Part shown: in pieces, positions 1 through 9,983 of the stretch
How the letters are laid out: each line of letters opens with the position of its first letter
How positions within the stretch are numbered: position 1 is the first letter of the stretch
Source of the DNA: Methylomicrobium sp.
GTDB lineage: Bacteria; Pseudomonadota; Gammaproteobacteria; Methylococcales; Methylomonadaceae
DNA: 64,000 nt
Assembly (NCBI GenBank): GCA_018333785.1
Contig: JAGXSU010000108.1
Coordinates: forward strand, 15,301 to 79,300
Reading direction: 5' to 3'
Made by a program: the position numbers and the translations under genes
Notes under the pieces: model-generated
Database searches by the model: none
What the model was told of the DNA's origin: nothing
Seen by the model: only the letters and a program-made list of their open reading frames with translations

Positions 1-409
1 CAAAGGGATCAAAATCGAACTCGGTTTTATCGACAGCCTGCTTCATGGCTTTTAAAGCCATCGACTCAATCTGTTTTGCAAAACCATTGAACACTTCCGC
101 GCCCTCTGCCTTTTTGATCCTGTCAATGTCGCCGGGTGATGCATAGGTAAGAAATACCCCTTGAACGCCTTGCCTATCATTCTTGCATGCGCCTCCATCC
201 ATCATATTGATAAGCCGCAACTCTTTTCCCTCAACCAGCACACTGGAAGGAGGCATCTCTTCGGATTGAGGAATGCTTTGCGCTTTTTCCTCCGGCACGG
301 GTGCTGCAATTTTTGCCTCCTCGGTCGGAAGCGGTTTAACCGGTTCGGTTGAACAGGCCGATATCACTAGCGCGAAAGTTAATAACGTAAAAAGTCTGAT
401 TAATGTCAT
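1..409 (-). CDS. Partial lipoprotein (N-terminal ~136 aa; the C-terminus lies beyond the window start)
   Basis: Manual reverse translation from the ATG at 409-407 gives MTLIRLFTLLTFALVISACSTEPVKPLPTEE... and stays open to position 1. It has a lipobox-like VISAC. It is absent from the ORF track because there is no in-window stop. Confidence 0.5.
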   Translation of the reverse strand, partial: MTLIRLFTLLTFALVISACSTEPVKPLPTEEAKIAAPVPEEKAQSIPQSEEMPPSSVLVEGKELRLINMMDGGACKNDRQGVQGVFLTYASPGDIDRIKKAEGAEVFNGFAKQIESMALKAMKQAVDKTEFDFDPF

Positions 410-618
410 GAGCGTATCTTTTTTAAGGTAGGTGGTTATAAACAGACGATCAGTATTCCATGTAATCTGAAGTTTCCCAGTTTTTATAGGTTTGTCCAGG
501 CTGGTTAGATAACTTAGCCATCTTAAAGCCCGATTAAGCTTTTTATAAGTTTAATTTTGTAAGATTTAGCCTACGCACATGCTTGACAATTTGTACATAG
601 ATTTGAAATCAATCTTTA

Positions 619-780
619 CCTGAAAATAAAGATCAATCAGTTTATACAAAAATCGTCATCTCGGCAGGGATTGCCGAGATCCAGATGCCATGGATGGCGA
701 GCGCCGAACACATCCTTGTGCTCTGGATTCCGGCAATCCATGCCGGAATGACGTTGTTGCTGAAGCTCTTAATAAACAGG
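619..780. mobile_element. MITE, degenerate copy 1 (same family as 57359-57521)
   Basis: 661-720 is identical to 57401-57460 and the flanking parts are near-identical. The TIRs are degenerate (cctgaaaataaagat / revcomp cctgtttattaagag). The flanks aatcttta and aagtttta match at 6/8, consistent with a decayed 8-bp duplication. Confidence 0.7.
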
Positions 781-1026
781 AAGTTTTAAGTCTGCATGGG
801 AAAAAATTAAAACAGCTGAGATTGAGTTTTACTCATTGTCTTCCTGGACAAGCTCAAAAGTGTGCGTTGATTCAATAAATGGACCCTAACTTTATCAAAT
901 GAAACCGACTTCTGACTTTCTGCAAACCACGTCACATCAAATTCAACCGATTTTATTAAACTCTTTTCCCAGCGGATCGAGAAAAGAAAAAAATCCATTC
1001 ATAAAGATCCGAGTAATTAAAGATTC

Positions 1027-1115
1027 AAAATAGGGCAAAACCATCGAAAGGTGGTGACGCAAAGTTTCCAGTCTAACGGAGTTACTCCTATGATAGTGGG
1101 ATTGCTAAAATGGCG
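1027..1115 (+). promoter_or_regulatory. c-di-GMP-I (GEMM-I) riboswitch-like aptamer in the protease leader
   Basis: GGGCAAAACCAUCGAAAGGUGGUGACGCAAAGUUUCCAGUCUAACGGAGUUACUCCUAUGAUAGUGGGAUUGCUAAAAUGG aligns by eye with the Vibrio Vc2 aptamer core: GGCAAAcC..GAAA tetraloop..GACGCAAAG..second hairpin..GGG.UUxC..AUGG. Downstream, CUCCU (1157-1161) can pair with the SD AGGAG (1177-1181). Confidence 0.7.
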
Positions 1116-1188
1116 AAATTACAATGATTTGGCTATTTTAATTCACATTCATGGAACTCCTTCGGGCAATTAATATAGGAGAAGAGTC

Positions 1189-2976
1189 ATGTACTCATCT
1201 AAAAGCCGAAGCAGTGACAAAAACCAAACCAAACACACTCATGTAATAAAACCAACGTTAACAGCAGCCCTCATGCTGGGTGTCTATGGCGTTTCAGGGC
1301 TTGCAGTTGTCAATGCTGCGCCCGCCTGGAAAGCCGGACAAATTTTAGTTAAACCTAAAGCCGGATTATCGGACGTTGAGTTTGATAGCATTCTGAAAAA
1401 AAACAAAGGTCAATCAAAAGGCGCTATCGGCCGTTTGGGGGTGCATATTATTAATGTCCCTGCTCAAGCGGAAGAAGCGGTGGTTAAAGCGCTATCAAGA
1501 AACCCTCATGTTGAATTTGCCGAACTGGATATGGCAGTTGCGCCCAGTGCAGTTCCTAATGATCCAAGATACAGTACAAGCTGGCATCTGCCAAAAATTC
1601 AAGCGCCCACCGCATGGGATAAAACAAAAGCGGACGGTATTATCATTGCCGTACTGGATACAGGTATTGATAGTGCGCATCCTGAATTTGCAGGAAAACT
1701 ATTGCCAGGGTGGAATGCGGTCGATGGAAGTAATGACACGTCCGATATAAATGGTCATGGTACTGCTGTTGCCGGAACCGCTGCAGCGGCAAGCAACAAT
1801 GCGGTAGGTGTGGCTTCAGTAGCTTGGAATGCACAGATTTTACCGGTTCGTATTTCAAACAGTACTGACAGTTATGCCTATTGGAGCGATATAGCCAAAG
1901 GATTGAATTGGGCTGCCAATCAAGGTGCAGATGTTGCCAATATTAGTTATATGGTTACAAACAGCTCAACGGTAACCACGGCAGCTCAATACATGCGCAG
2001 CAAGGGAGGATTGGTTGTAGTTGCGGCTGGTAATGATGGTGTCGATCCTGGGTTTGCAAACAATACACAGATGATCACTGTTTCAGCAACGACCAGTACC
2101 GATGCAAAAGCATCGTGGTCTAATTTCGGTGCATTAATCGATGTTGCCGCGCCGGGCGCTTCCATCCAAACCACTACGCGAGGAGGGGGGTATGCTAATT
2201 GGAATGGTACTTCTTTTGCCGCGCCGGTAACTGCAGGCGTTGTAGCTTTGATAATGGGAGCTAATCCAATGCTGACAGTTGATGAAGTTGAAAATGTATT
2301 AAAAACATCATCTGACAAAATTGCGGGAGACATACATCCTTACTATGGACACGGTCGGGTTAACGCGGCGACTGCTGTTTCGATGGCTACGAGTATCGTC
2401 AAGTTGGAAACAGATACACAAGCACCCAGTGTCAATATTTTCTCTCCTGTTGGAGGAAGTTCTGTGAGTGGTCTGGTTCTAGCAGAGGTTAATGCGACTG
2501 ATAATGTCGGAGTATCGGAAGTGTCTTTGTATGCTAACGGATTGTTGGTGGGTACTGATGGCACAGCACCTTATCAGTTTTCCTGGGATTCAAAGCAAGT
2601 GGCTGATGGCAATGTAACACTAACTGCAGTGGCTTTTGATGCAATCGGTAATCAAGGTAGTTCGGCTAAAGTCCTGGTTACTGTTAAAAACAATGTGGTT
2701 GTTGATCAGCAAGCCCCTACAGTAACTATCTTAAATCCAGCGAACGGTAGCAAGATAGGTAAGGTCGTAGCGATCAGTGTTGTAGCAAAAGATGATGTCA
2801 GTGTTGCAAATGTAAAGCTTTATGTGGATGGTAAGTTAGTCAGCTCAGTCAATGGCAGCTCGTTGTCCTACAGCTGGAATGCTAATAAAGCCAAGGTTGG
2901 CGCTCATACCATAGACGCAATAGCTACTGATTCTTCAAACAAAACCGCCAAGCAAACAATAACTGTTTATAAATAA
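1189..2976 (+). CDS. Secreted subtilisin-like serine protease (peptidase S8) with an I9-type propeptide and two C-terminal Ig-like repeats
   Basis: Signal peptide present. Catalytic motifs AVLDTGID (Asp), NGHGTAVAG (His) and GTSFAAPVTAG (Ser). Two ~90-aa tandem repeats start QAPSVNIFSP... and QAPTVTILNP... Confidence 0.9.
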   Translation: MYSSKSRSSDKNQTKHTHVIKPTLTAALMLGVYGVSGLAVVNAAPAWKAGQILVKPKAGLSDVEFDSILKKNKGQSKGAIGRLGVHIINVPAQAEEAVVKALSRNPHVEFAELDMAVAPSAVPNDPRYSTSWHLPKIQAPTAWDKTKADGIIIAVLDTGIDSAHPEFAGKLLPGWNAVDGSNDTSDINGHGTAVAGTAAAASNNAVGVASVAWNAQILPVRISNSTDSYAYWSDIAKGLNWAANQGADVANISYMVTNSSTVTTAAQYMRSKGGLVVVAAGNDGVDPGFANNTQMITVSATTSTDAKASWSNFGALIDVAAPGASIQTTTRGGGYANWNGTSFAAPVTAGVVALIMGANPMLTVDEVENVLKTSSDKIAGDIHPYYGHGRVNAATAVSMATSIVKLETDTQAPSVNIFSPVGGSSVSGLVLAEVNATDNVGVSEVSLYANGLLVGTDGTAPYQFSWDSKQVADGNVTLTAVAFDAIGNQGSSAKVLVTVKNNVVVDQQAPTVTILNPANGSKIGKVVAISVVAKDDVSVANVKLYVDGKLVSSVNGSSLSYSWNANKAKVGAHTIDAIATDSSNKTAKQTITVYK

Positions 2977-2990
2977 TAGAAATTTCAAGC

Positions 2991-3022
2991 AAAAAAACGC
3001 CGGCTGATGCCGGCGTTTTTTT
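2991..3022. terminator. Bidirectional intrinsic terminator between convergent genes
   Basis: aaaaaaacgccggctgatgccggcgttttttt: a GC stem (acgccgg/ccggcgt) flanked by an A-run and a T-run. Confidence 0.8.
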
Positions 3023-3039
3023 CTTACAAGTTTAAGAGA

Positions 3040-3684
3040 TTAAGCTTTTTTTCTTTTGCGCAGGTGAGTCAGGCCAAATCCCAATAAGCCAGTGCCTAAT
3101 AAAGCTATCATGCCTGGCTCTGGTACTGAACCGGTACCGGTGCCACCGTTACCTCTGCGATAATACACGCTGATATGGGAAATTTCTTTTGTATTTTGTA
3201 CATTAAATGGGGGGTTTTCGAATGGTGATGAATATGCACCACCAATCGTTTTGGTCATATCAATTAGATAACCTACCAAATTTGTATCTGCGCCATCTTT
3301 AAAGATTAGCATTACATCGCTTAATATTGCGTCAGTAGCTTTTGTAAAAGTACCGCTTTCATCGTCGCCAGTAAAATTAAAGATACCGATACCTAGAAGA
3401 TTAGCGGTATAAGTTCCAGAGTTACTGCCAGTTTCGTACTTACCATCGTATAACCAATTGGTTATGTTAAAAAAGCCTTTGTCATTGACAAACAAGGTGG
3501 GATTTAGTGTGTCATTTTCTTTGCCATTTAAAGGGCTTAAAATTGTACAGTCTATATTAGGTGTTACATTGTCCAATATATTAGCTGTGCAAGTTTCGAA
3601 AGCCGCACTAGCAGAACTGGAAAATACAAGTCCTAGTAGGAGGGTAGATGCAGAAAGTACACCCGTTATCTTTTTTGTAATCAT
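3040..3684 (-). CDS. PEP-CTERM sorting-domain protein (exosortase substrate)
   Basis: N-terminal signal peptide. C-terminal VPEPGMIALLGTGLLGFGLTHLRKRKKA gives the PEP motif, a TM helix and a basic tail. The gene is AT-rich. Confidence 0.9.
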   Translation of the reverse strand: MITKKITGVLSASTLLLGLVFSSSASAAFETCTANILDNVTPNIDCTILSPLNGKENDTLNPTLFVNDKGFFNITNWLYDGKYETGSNSGTYTANLLGIGIFNFTGDDESGTFTKATDAILSDVMLIFKDGADTNLVGYLIDMTKTIGGAYSSPFENPPFNVQNTKEISHISVYYRRGNGGTGTGSVPEPGMIALLGTGLLGFGLTHLRKRKKA

Positions 3685-3762
3685 GACTTAAACTCCATGG
3701 AATAAATGAAAAATTTTTCCGAAACTAAAGCAAAATTTCTAGTACCAGACTACCTATATTCT

Positions 3763-3780
3763 AAGCACTGAATGTGCCTT
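3763..3780 (-). promoter_or_regulatory. Candidate sigma-54 (-24/-12) promoter for the PEP-CTERM gene
   Basis: The minus strand reads aaGGCACattcaGTGCTta, with the correct GG-N10-GC spacing, about 80 nt upstream of the start. It deviates from TGGCAC-N5-TTGCW at two positions. Confidence 0.25.
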
Positions 3781-4377
3781 ATTTTAAAATTTGTTTTAAT
3801 TCAAAGAGATATTTGTATTTTTACAATGGGATTTCGTTTTTCAAGAAGGGTGTTGTAAAAATAGTTGACATTATTCAATGGCAAATTAATCAATTTTTGT
3901 GTGGCAAAAGTAACAGACGGATTGAAAAGCCTTATTTATACGATATTTGCGATGCATAAAGGGGAATCTGTGAAATACTTCGCAGTATTAAAAAAATTGA
4001 CATCAAAATACACACAAATTTAAATTTTGGTCTAAGAGGTGATTTGCATCACCCATTAGAAGAAAGAATTCTTAATAATACTATTTAAAACAATAACTTA
4101 AACTCTTTATTTTAGATGTTGTAATGAATGAAAAATATAATCGAAGTGTAAAATTTTTCGACATTTGGATTGGCTTTATGGAGCAAATTAATTACTAGCG
4201 CCGCTTGTAACAGTGAAATTCGCCATCGAGCCTATTGGCTGCGACCACGCTAACAGATAGAGTCGATTCAACCGCGAGCGTTTCGCTTCAAGTTGTTCCT
4301 CCCAAGCATCCCGCTAAAACTATTCAGTTGACCCTTGCCCCCCATTGAAATTACCATGATAAAAAAGAAACTGGGGC

Positions 4378-5817
4378 ATGCGTATGGGTCAGGAAATTTC
4401 GGTTTCACATTATGACTTAGGCGATTTCGACCTTTTTCATCAAAAGCTGCATGAAGAAACGGCGCTGCTCGCTCACTTAATTGAACAACAGGGGTTTTCG
4501 ACCCGGCATCCGGTCGCCGGTTTTGAAATTGAGGCGTGGCTGGTTGATGATGATATGCGACCTGCGCCGATCAATGATCAGTTTCTGGCCGGATTGAATG
4601 ATCCGCTGGCCTGTGCAGAATTGGCAAAATTCAATATAGAACTCAATAGCACACCGACGCCATTGGCAGGCAATGTCTGCAGCCGCCTGAAAAATCAATT
4701 GCAAGCGACCTGGAATAAAGCGGTTCGGCATGCTGACAGTTTGAACAGCCGGATTATCATGATCGGCACGTTACCCACGCTGGAGAAAGCCGACCTCAAT
4801 TTGGGCAATATGTCCGATCTTAACCGTTACCACGCGCTTAATGAGCAAATCCAGCTGGCTCGCGGACAACCGGTTCATCTGGATATCGCCGGGATTCAGC
4901 ATCTTAAGCTTGATCATCATGATGTCATGCTGGAAGCGGCGACGACTTCTTTTCAGATTCACACGCAAGTGCCTTTGTCCTTTGCGCATCATTTTTACAA
5001 TGCCTCGATCATTGTCTCCGCGCCCATGGTGGCGCTCTGTGCGAATGCCCCGTTTTTGTTTGGCAAAAACCTCTGGCATGAATCCAGAATTCCTGTTTTT
5101 GAACAAGCCATACAAGCCGGTGGTTATGCGGCAGCGGCTCAAGGGCCTGTCAGGCGGGTAGGCTTCGGTACCGGTTTCGCAAGAAAATCCATTCTGGAGT
5201 GTTTTCAGGAAAATCTGGATCATTTTCCGGTTCTGTTGCCTGAAGATTTAGGTAGTGCGACGGAGCGTTTTCAGCATTTAAAACTGCACAACGGCACTAT
5301 CTGGCGATGGAATCGGCCGTTGATCGGTTTTGATGAAGATGGAACGCCGCATGTTCGCATCGAGCACCGCACACCCGCAGCCGGGCCTACCGTCGTCGAT
5401 GCGATTGCCAATGCGGCCTTTTTCTTCGGTCTGAGCAAAAGTTTATGCGATGACCTGGTTGAGAAGGGTTTGCGGGTCAGCTTTAGTCAGGCCAAGGATA
5501 ATTTTTATCAGGCCGCCCGCTTCGGTCTGGATAGCAAGATAGTTTGGTTCGACGGCAACGAACATCCTATTCGTCAGTTGTTTAAAACAGAGTTGCTGCC
5601 TCGGGCCATACTCGGCTTAAAGTCGTTCGGAATTTCCCGGTGCGATATTGAAGATTTTTTGGCTATTATTCAGCAGCGTGTCGCTAACCGTCAGACCGGC
5701 TCGCAGTGGCAGCGTGACTTCATCAAAAACAATACGGACGATTTCACTGCCCTGACCCGGCGCTATCTCGAAAACCAAAACACCGGTAATCCCGTAAGCG
5801 AATGGATGTTAACGTGA
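4378..5817 (+). CDS. Glutamate-cysteine ligase family 2 (GCS2/YbdK-like) carboxylate-amine ligase
   Basis: 479-aa ORF. The overall resemblance to GCS2-family ligases (e.g. GFEIEAWLVD..., KFNIELNS, FQIH) is recognised by eye only. Confidence 0.7.
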   Translation: MRMGQEISVSHYDLGDFDLFHQKLHEETALLAHLIEQQGFSTRHPVAGFEIEAWLVDDDMRPAPINDQFLAGLNDPLACAELAKFNIELNSTPTPLAGNVCSRLKNQLQATWNKAVRHADSLNSRIIMIGTLPTLEKADLNLGNMSDLNRYHALNEQIQLARGQPVHLDIAGIQHLKLDHHDVMLEAATTSFQIHTQVPLSFAHHFYNASIIVSAPMVALCANAPFLFGKNLWHESRIPVFEQAIQAGGYAAAAQGPVRRVGFGTGFARKSILECFQENLDHFPVLLPEDLGSATERFQHLKLHNGTIWRWNRPLIGFDEDGTPHVRIEHRTPAAGPTVVDAIANAAFFFGLSKSLCDDLVEKGLRVSFSQAKDNFYQAARFGLDSKIVWFDGNEHPIRQLFKTELLPRAILGLKSFGISRCDIEDFLAIIQQRVANRQTGSQWQRDFIKNNTDDFTALTRRYLENQNTGNPVSEWMLT

Positions 5818-6845
5818 ATAACCTGGAATTAAAGCAATATGACTTTCTGCCTGAAGGCGTTTTGGATGCGACGCCTGAATTATTGGTCAACCACTTGCCG
5901 CAACCTGCGTTGATTCATTTAAGCGGAAAACAGGCCGCACCTTTATTTGTCTCGGTGCTGTTGCATGGTAATGAACCGACCGGCTTGCTGGCGATACAGG
6001 CCTTATTAAAAAAATATCAAAACCGCAGTTTGCCGCGTTCGATGTCGATTTTTTTCGGCAATGTTCAGGCCGCAGGGGAAGGTTTAAGACGGTTGAACGG
6101 TCAACCGGATTACAATCGTATCTGGCCCGGAACTGAATTACCCGATTCCCCGGAAACCCGAATGGCGCAGGACATTGTCGATGTGATGCGGGCCAGAAAC
6201 GTATTCGCCAGTGTTGATATTCACAACAATACCGGGCTAAATCCCCATTACGCCTGCATCAATAAATTGGACCACCGCTTCTTGCAACTGGCCTCTCTTT
6301 TCGGTCGACTGGTTGTGTATTTTACCCGGCCAAAAGGCGTCCAATCGGCTGCTTTTGCCGAGTTGTGTCCGGCGGTTACGCTGGAGTGCGGAAAACCTGG
6401 CCAATTGCATGGCGTCGAGCATGCGCTGGAATATTTGAACAGTTGCCTTAATTTATCCGGGCTACCCGATCATCCTGTTCACGAACAGGATATCGATGTT
6501 TATCATACTGTGGCCCAGGTCAAGGTTGCCGATTCCGTTAAATTCAGCTTTCAGGAACCTGAATCAGATCTGCTGCTGGACCCCGACATTGAGCGAATGA
6601 ATTTCAATGAAATTTCAGCGGGTACTGTTTTGGGCAAGGTCAACGGTTCTTTATCGATGCCGCTGATTGCATTGGATGAACGGGGCCTGGATATCAGTAC
6701 TCGGTTTTTCGAAATTCAGGGCGGTGAATTGTCGGTGATTCGAAAAACCATGCCGTCAATGCTGACATTGGATGAGCGCGTGATCAGGCAGGATTGTTTG
6801 TGTTATCTGATGGAAAGACTGCAGCAATCAGCGCCAACGCCTTGA
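5802..6845 (+). CDS. Succinylglutamate desuccinylase/aspartoacylase-family (M14-like) zinc hydrolase
   Basis: HGNEPTG zinc motif near the N-terminus and a DIHNNTG second motif. It overlaps the upstream ligase gene by 16 nt. Confidence 0.75.
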   Translation: MDVNVNNLELKQYDFLPEGVLDATPELLVNHLPQPALIHLSGKQAAPLFVSVLLHGNEPTGLLAIQALLKKYQNRSLPRSMSIFFGNVQAAGEGLRRLNGQPDYNRIWPGTELPDSPETRMAQDIVDVMRARNVFASVDIHNNTGLNPHYACINKLDHRFLQLASLFGRLVVYFTRPKGVQSAAFAELCPAVTLECGKPGQLHGVEHALEYLNSCLNLSGLPDHPVHEQDIDVYHTVAQVKVADSVKFSFQEPESDLLLDPDIERMNFNEISAGTVLGKVNGSLSMPLIALDERGLDISTRFFEIQGGELSVIRKTMPSMLTLDERVIRQDCLCYLMERLQQSAPTP

Positions 6846-6849
6846 AATG

Positions 6850-6878
6850 TTGGGTTGGCTATCGCCAACCCAACCTAC
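6850..6878. repeat. REP-type hairpin with a GTAGG head (may also act as a terminator between convergent genes)
   Basis: gttgggttggc-tat-gccaacccaac followed by ctac. On the minus strand this reads gtaggttgggttggc... Confidence 0.6.
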
Positions 6879-6924
6879 GTTTTATTCTTTGCCGATCTTG
6901 CTGATTGTTTTAAATGAGCACTCG

Positions 6925-9072
6925 CTATTTACGGTACGTACGTCTTTCTGCTTTTGCTTTTTTCGGCTGATTATCCAAACCTGTGTATTTGGTTTTAAAG
7001 CGCAGCGTTTTTTCTGTTCGCATTGAATCCAGGCTACCTTTGGGTTGAAACAGAGGTACCAGATGCTGCTTGCCATTACCGATTAAATCCGCTCTTCCCA
7101 TGGCTTTAAGCGCATCTCTGAGCATCGGCCAGTTTTTGGGGTCATGGTAGCGCAGAAACGCTTTGTGCAGTCTGCGTTGTTTGATCGATTTGGGGATAGA
7201 AATATCGGGCGCTTTTCTGCTGACTTTGTGCAGTGTGTCTTTTCCTGAGTGGTACATGGCTGTTGCGATAGCCATCGGAGAGGGGAGAAAGGCCTGGACC
7301 TGATCCGCTCTAAAGCCGTTGCGTTTCAGCCAGACGGCAAGATTCAGCATGTCCTCATCGGTGGTGCCGGGGTGGGCGGCGATAAAATAAGGAATCAAAT
7401 ACTGTTCTTTGCCCGCTTCCTTGGAATATTGATCGAACATTTGCTTGAAGCGATCATAAGAGCCCATGCCCGGTTTCATCATTTTTGAAAGCGGACCTTG
7501 TTCCGTATGTTCAGGGGCGATTTTAAGATAACCGCCGACATGATGCGTCACCAGTTCCTTGACATATTCCGGCGATTCGACCGCCAGGTCATAACGCAGG
7601 CCTGACGCGATAAAAATTTTCTTGATGCCGGGCAACGTCCGTGCCCGGCGGTACAGTTTGATCAACGGCGCATGATCGGTATTCAGATTGGGACAAATGC
7701 CGGGATACACACAGGACGGTCTGCGGCACGCGGTTTCTATTGCTTTATCCTTGCAGGCCAGGCGGTACATATTGGCCGTAGGGCCGCCCAAATCGGAAAT
7801 ATGGCCGGTAAAGTTGGGCGAAGTGTCGCGAATGGCTTCAATTTCACGAATAATCGAATCTTCGGAGCGGCTCTGGATAATGCGGCCTTCGTGCTCGGTA
7901 ATCGAACAAAAGGTGCAGCCGCCGAAACAGCCGCGCATGATGTTGACCGAATGCTGAATCATTTCAAAAGCGGGCACATTCGCTGTGCCGTACAGTTTAT
8001 GCGGCAATCGTGAATAAGGCAGATCGTAGACGCCGTCCATTTCCTTCGTCGTTAGCGGAATGGGTGGGGGATTAACCCACAGTTCACGGTCTCCATGTTT
8101 TTGAATCAAGGCTCGGGCATTGCCTGGATTGGTTTCACCGTGCATGACACGGGAAGCGTGAGCATAGAGAATAGGATCGTCCTTGAGTGTTTCGTAGTCG
8201 GGCAGACGGATCACCGTCTGAGCACGATTATCTCGGGTGATGCGCGGTTCGAAGCGAATCACGGAGCTGTCTTTATCCGGTTTGTCGGCACACGCAGGTT
8301 CTTCCTGATACGGGTTTTGGGCGGGTGTCAGCGGGCCTGGCTTGTCAATTTGTGTGGAATCTTTGGTCACCCAGCCTTCGGGCAGTTGTTTGACAAAATG
8401 GGCGGTACCGCGAATAAACGTCAGATCGGCTATGGTTTCGCCGTTAGCGAGTCTGTGAGCAATCTCGACGATTTGTCTTTCCGCATTACCGTAAACCAGC
8501 AAATCGGCTTTGGAATCCAGCAATACCGATTTGCGCACTTTATCCGACCAGTAATCATAATGTGCGATGCGCCTGAGACTGGCTTCAATTCCGCCGATGA
8601 TAACAGGTACATTTTTGTAGGCTTCTCGGCAGCGGTGCGAATACACATTAACGGCCCGATCAGGACGTTTGCCCGCTTCGCCGTTAGGTGTGTAGGCATC
8701 GTTGGAGCGAATTTTCTTATCCGAGGTGTAACGGTTGACCATGGAGTCCATGTTGCCGCCCGTTACGCCGAAAAACAGGTTGGGCGCTCCTAAACGTCTG
8801 AAATCTTCAACACGGGTCCAGTCCGGCTGAGAAATAATGCCCACTCTAAATCCCTGTGCTTCCAATAAGCGTCCGATCAGCGCCATGCCGAAACTGGGGT
8901 GATCGATGTAGGCGTCTCCGGTGACCAGAATCACATCGCAGGAATCCCAGCCCAGTTGATCCATTTCTTCGCGTGTCATCGGAAATTCGGGTGCTATACC
9001 GTAACGGTGAGCCCAGTATTTGCGATAACCGAACAAATAAGGTGAGGAAGGTGATAAAGCGAGAGACGTCAT
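6925..9072 (-). CDS. ygiQ: YgiQ-family radical SAM protein (UPF0313)
   Basis: 715 aa. The N-terminus ...[49 protein letters not shown] and the CFGGCTFCS radical SAM cluster motif are typical of YgiQ. Confidence 0.9.
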   Translation of the reverse strand: MTSLALSPSSPYLFGYRKYWAHRYGIAPEFPMTREEMDQLGWDSCDVILVTGDAYIDHPSFGMALIGRLLEAQGFRVGIISQPDWTRVEDFRRLGAPNLFFGVTGGNMDSMVNRYTSDKKIRSNDAYTPNGEAGKRPDRAVNVYSHRCREAYKNVPVIIGGIEASLRRIAHYDYWSDKVRKSVLLDSKADLLVYGNAERQIVEIAHRLANGETIADLTFIRGTAHFVKQLPEGWVTKDSTQIDKPGPLTPAQNPYQEEPACADKPDKDSSVIRFEPRITRDNRAQTVIRLPDYETLKDDPILYAHASRVMHGETNPGNARALIQKHGDRELWVNPPPIPLTTKEMDGVYDLPYSRLPHKLYGTANVPAFEMIQHSVNIMRGCFGGCTFCSITEHEGRIIQSRSEDSIIREIEAIRDTSPNFTGHISDLGGPTANMYRLACKDKAIETACRRPSCVYPGICPNLNTDHAPLIKLYRRARTLPGIKKIFIASGLRYDLAVESPEYVKELVTHHVGGYLKIAPEHTEQGPLSKMMKPGMGSYDRFKQMFDQYSKEAGKEQYLIPYFIAAHPGTTDEDMLNLAVWLKRNGFRADQVQAFLPSPMAIATAMYHSGKDTLHKVSRKAPDISIPKSIKQRRLHKAFLRYHDPKNWPMLRDALKAMGRADLIGNGKQHLVPLFQPKGSLDSMRTEKTLRFKTKYTGLDNQPKKAKAERRTYRK

Positions 9073-9872
9073 GATTTTACTACTCGTGAAAAAAGGCTGG
9101 TGTTATTGCGTTTAAGATCGTGAACAAAAAAAGGAAATTCCAATTCAAAACGTTGTTGCAGAAGGTCCGCGCGTTCTCTTAAGGTTTTCATAGAGATCTT
9201 GGCAATGCCGGGATTGAAGGCAAACCCGATGATATTGCCCCGGCCGCGTACCGGTAAATACAGAACCCGCCAATCAAAAACTTTGCCTAATTGCCAGCAT
9301 ACCTGCTGAAACAAAGGTTTATCGGTGCCCCATAAGTTAATGGCCAGGATGCCGTCTTCGTTAAGCAAGGTCTTGCAATCGTCAAAGAAAGCCTCGCCAC
9401 TGACCGAATTCGCCATGCCTTGATGATCGAAGGCATCGATCATCAGCAGGCCGTACTGACCCCTGTGCGTTAGACTGCGTTGACGGATAAAGTGCCCGCC
9501 ATCGCCAATGATGATTTTTAAGCGGGGATCCAGCGGCAGATCAAAATGGCTGCGAGCAATTTTGACCACGCTGCGGCGGTACTCAATCACTTTGATCTTG
9601 CACTCGTCAAATTGATACAACATATATTTTGCCAGAGAGCCGCCGCCCAGACCTATCATGAGCACCTCGCCGGGGTCGTCTTTAAACAACAGCCAACCCA
9701 TCATCGCTCTGGCATACATAGAATGCAGACAATCGGGATTGTTAATAAGCATGCTGCTTTGTCTGGCCGAGGTGCCGAAATGAAGTGAGCGAACTCCCAT
9801 TGTTTCGATAATTTCAATGATGCCCTCATCGTCATGGCTTTGAAAGACGAGCAGACCTTCGTATTTGTACAT
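9069..9872 (-). CDS. Spermidine synthase-like class I SAM-dependent transferase
   Basis: MIGLGGGS (SAM-binding glycine loop) and LLMIDAFD motifs. The stop overlaps the ygiQ start by 4 nt (ATGA). Confidence 0.75.
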   Translation of the reverse strand: MYKYEGLLVFQSHDDEGIIEIIETMGVRSLHFGTSARQSSMLINNPDCLHSMYARAMMGWLLFKDDPGEVLMIGLGGGSLAKYMLYQFDECKIKVIEYRRSVVKIARSHFDLPLDPRLKIIIGDGGHFIRQRSLTHRGQYGLLMIDAFDHQGMANSVSGEAFFDDCKTLLNEDGILAINLWGTDKPLFQQVCWQLGKVFDWRVLYLPVRGRGNIIGFAFNPGIAKISMKTLRERADLLQQRFELEFPFFVHDLKRNNTSLFSRVVKS

Positions 9873-9983
9873 ACTGTTAATGGCGGTAAAAACCTAGCTA
9901 TTTTGTCTGAAATTAGCCGGTATGTCTTGAAGAAAATTAAATGAGGTCTATGTTTGGAAACAAATCCGGTAAATAAGCAAGAA

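Noticed and set aside
690-998. ORFs 690-878 (+) and 807-998 (-), and likewise 57281-57634 (+)
   Set aside because: They run through MITE copies whose sequence is repeated at unrelated loci. They have no RBS and no recognisable protein features, so they are translation artefacts of the repeat.
8095-8793. Large antisense ORFs inside real genes: 8095-8793, 4771-5223, 12004-12474, 23899-24441, 27561-28148, 35356-35856, 49805-50266, 61578-62144
   Set aside because: Each lies fully inside a longer opposite-strand or alternative-frame gene with clear family motifs. Their translations are Arg/Gly/Ala-rich or low-complexity, as expected for shadow ORFs.
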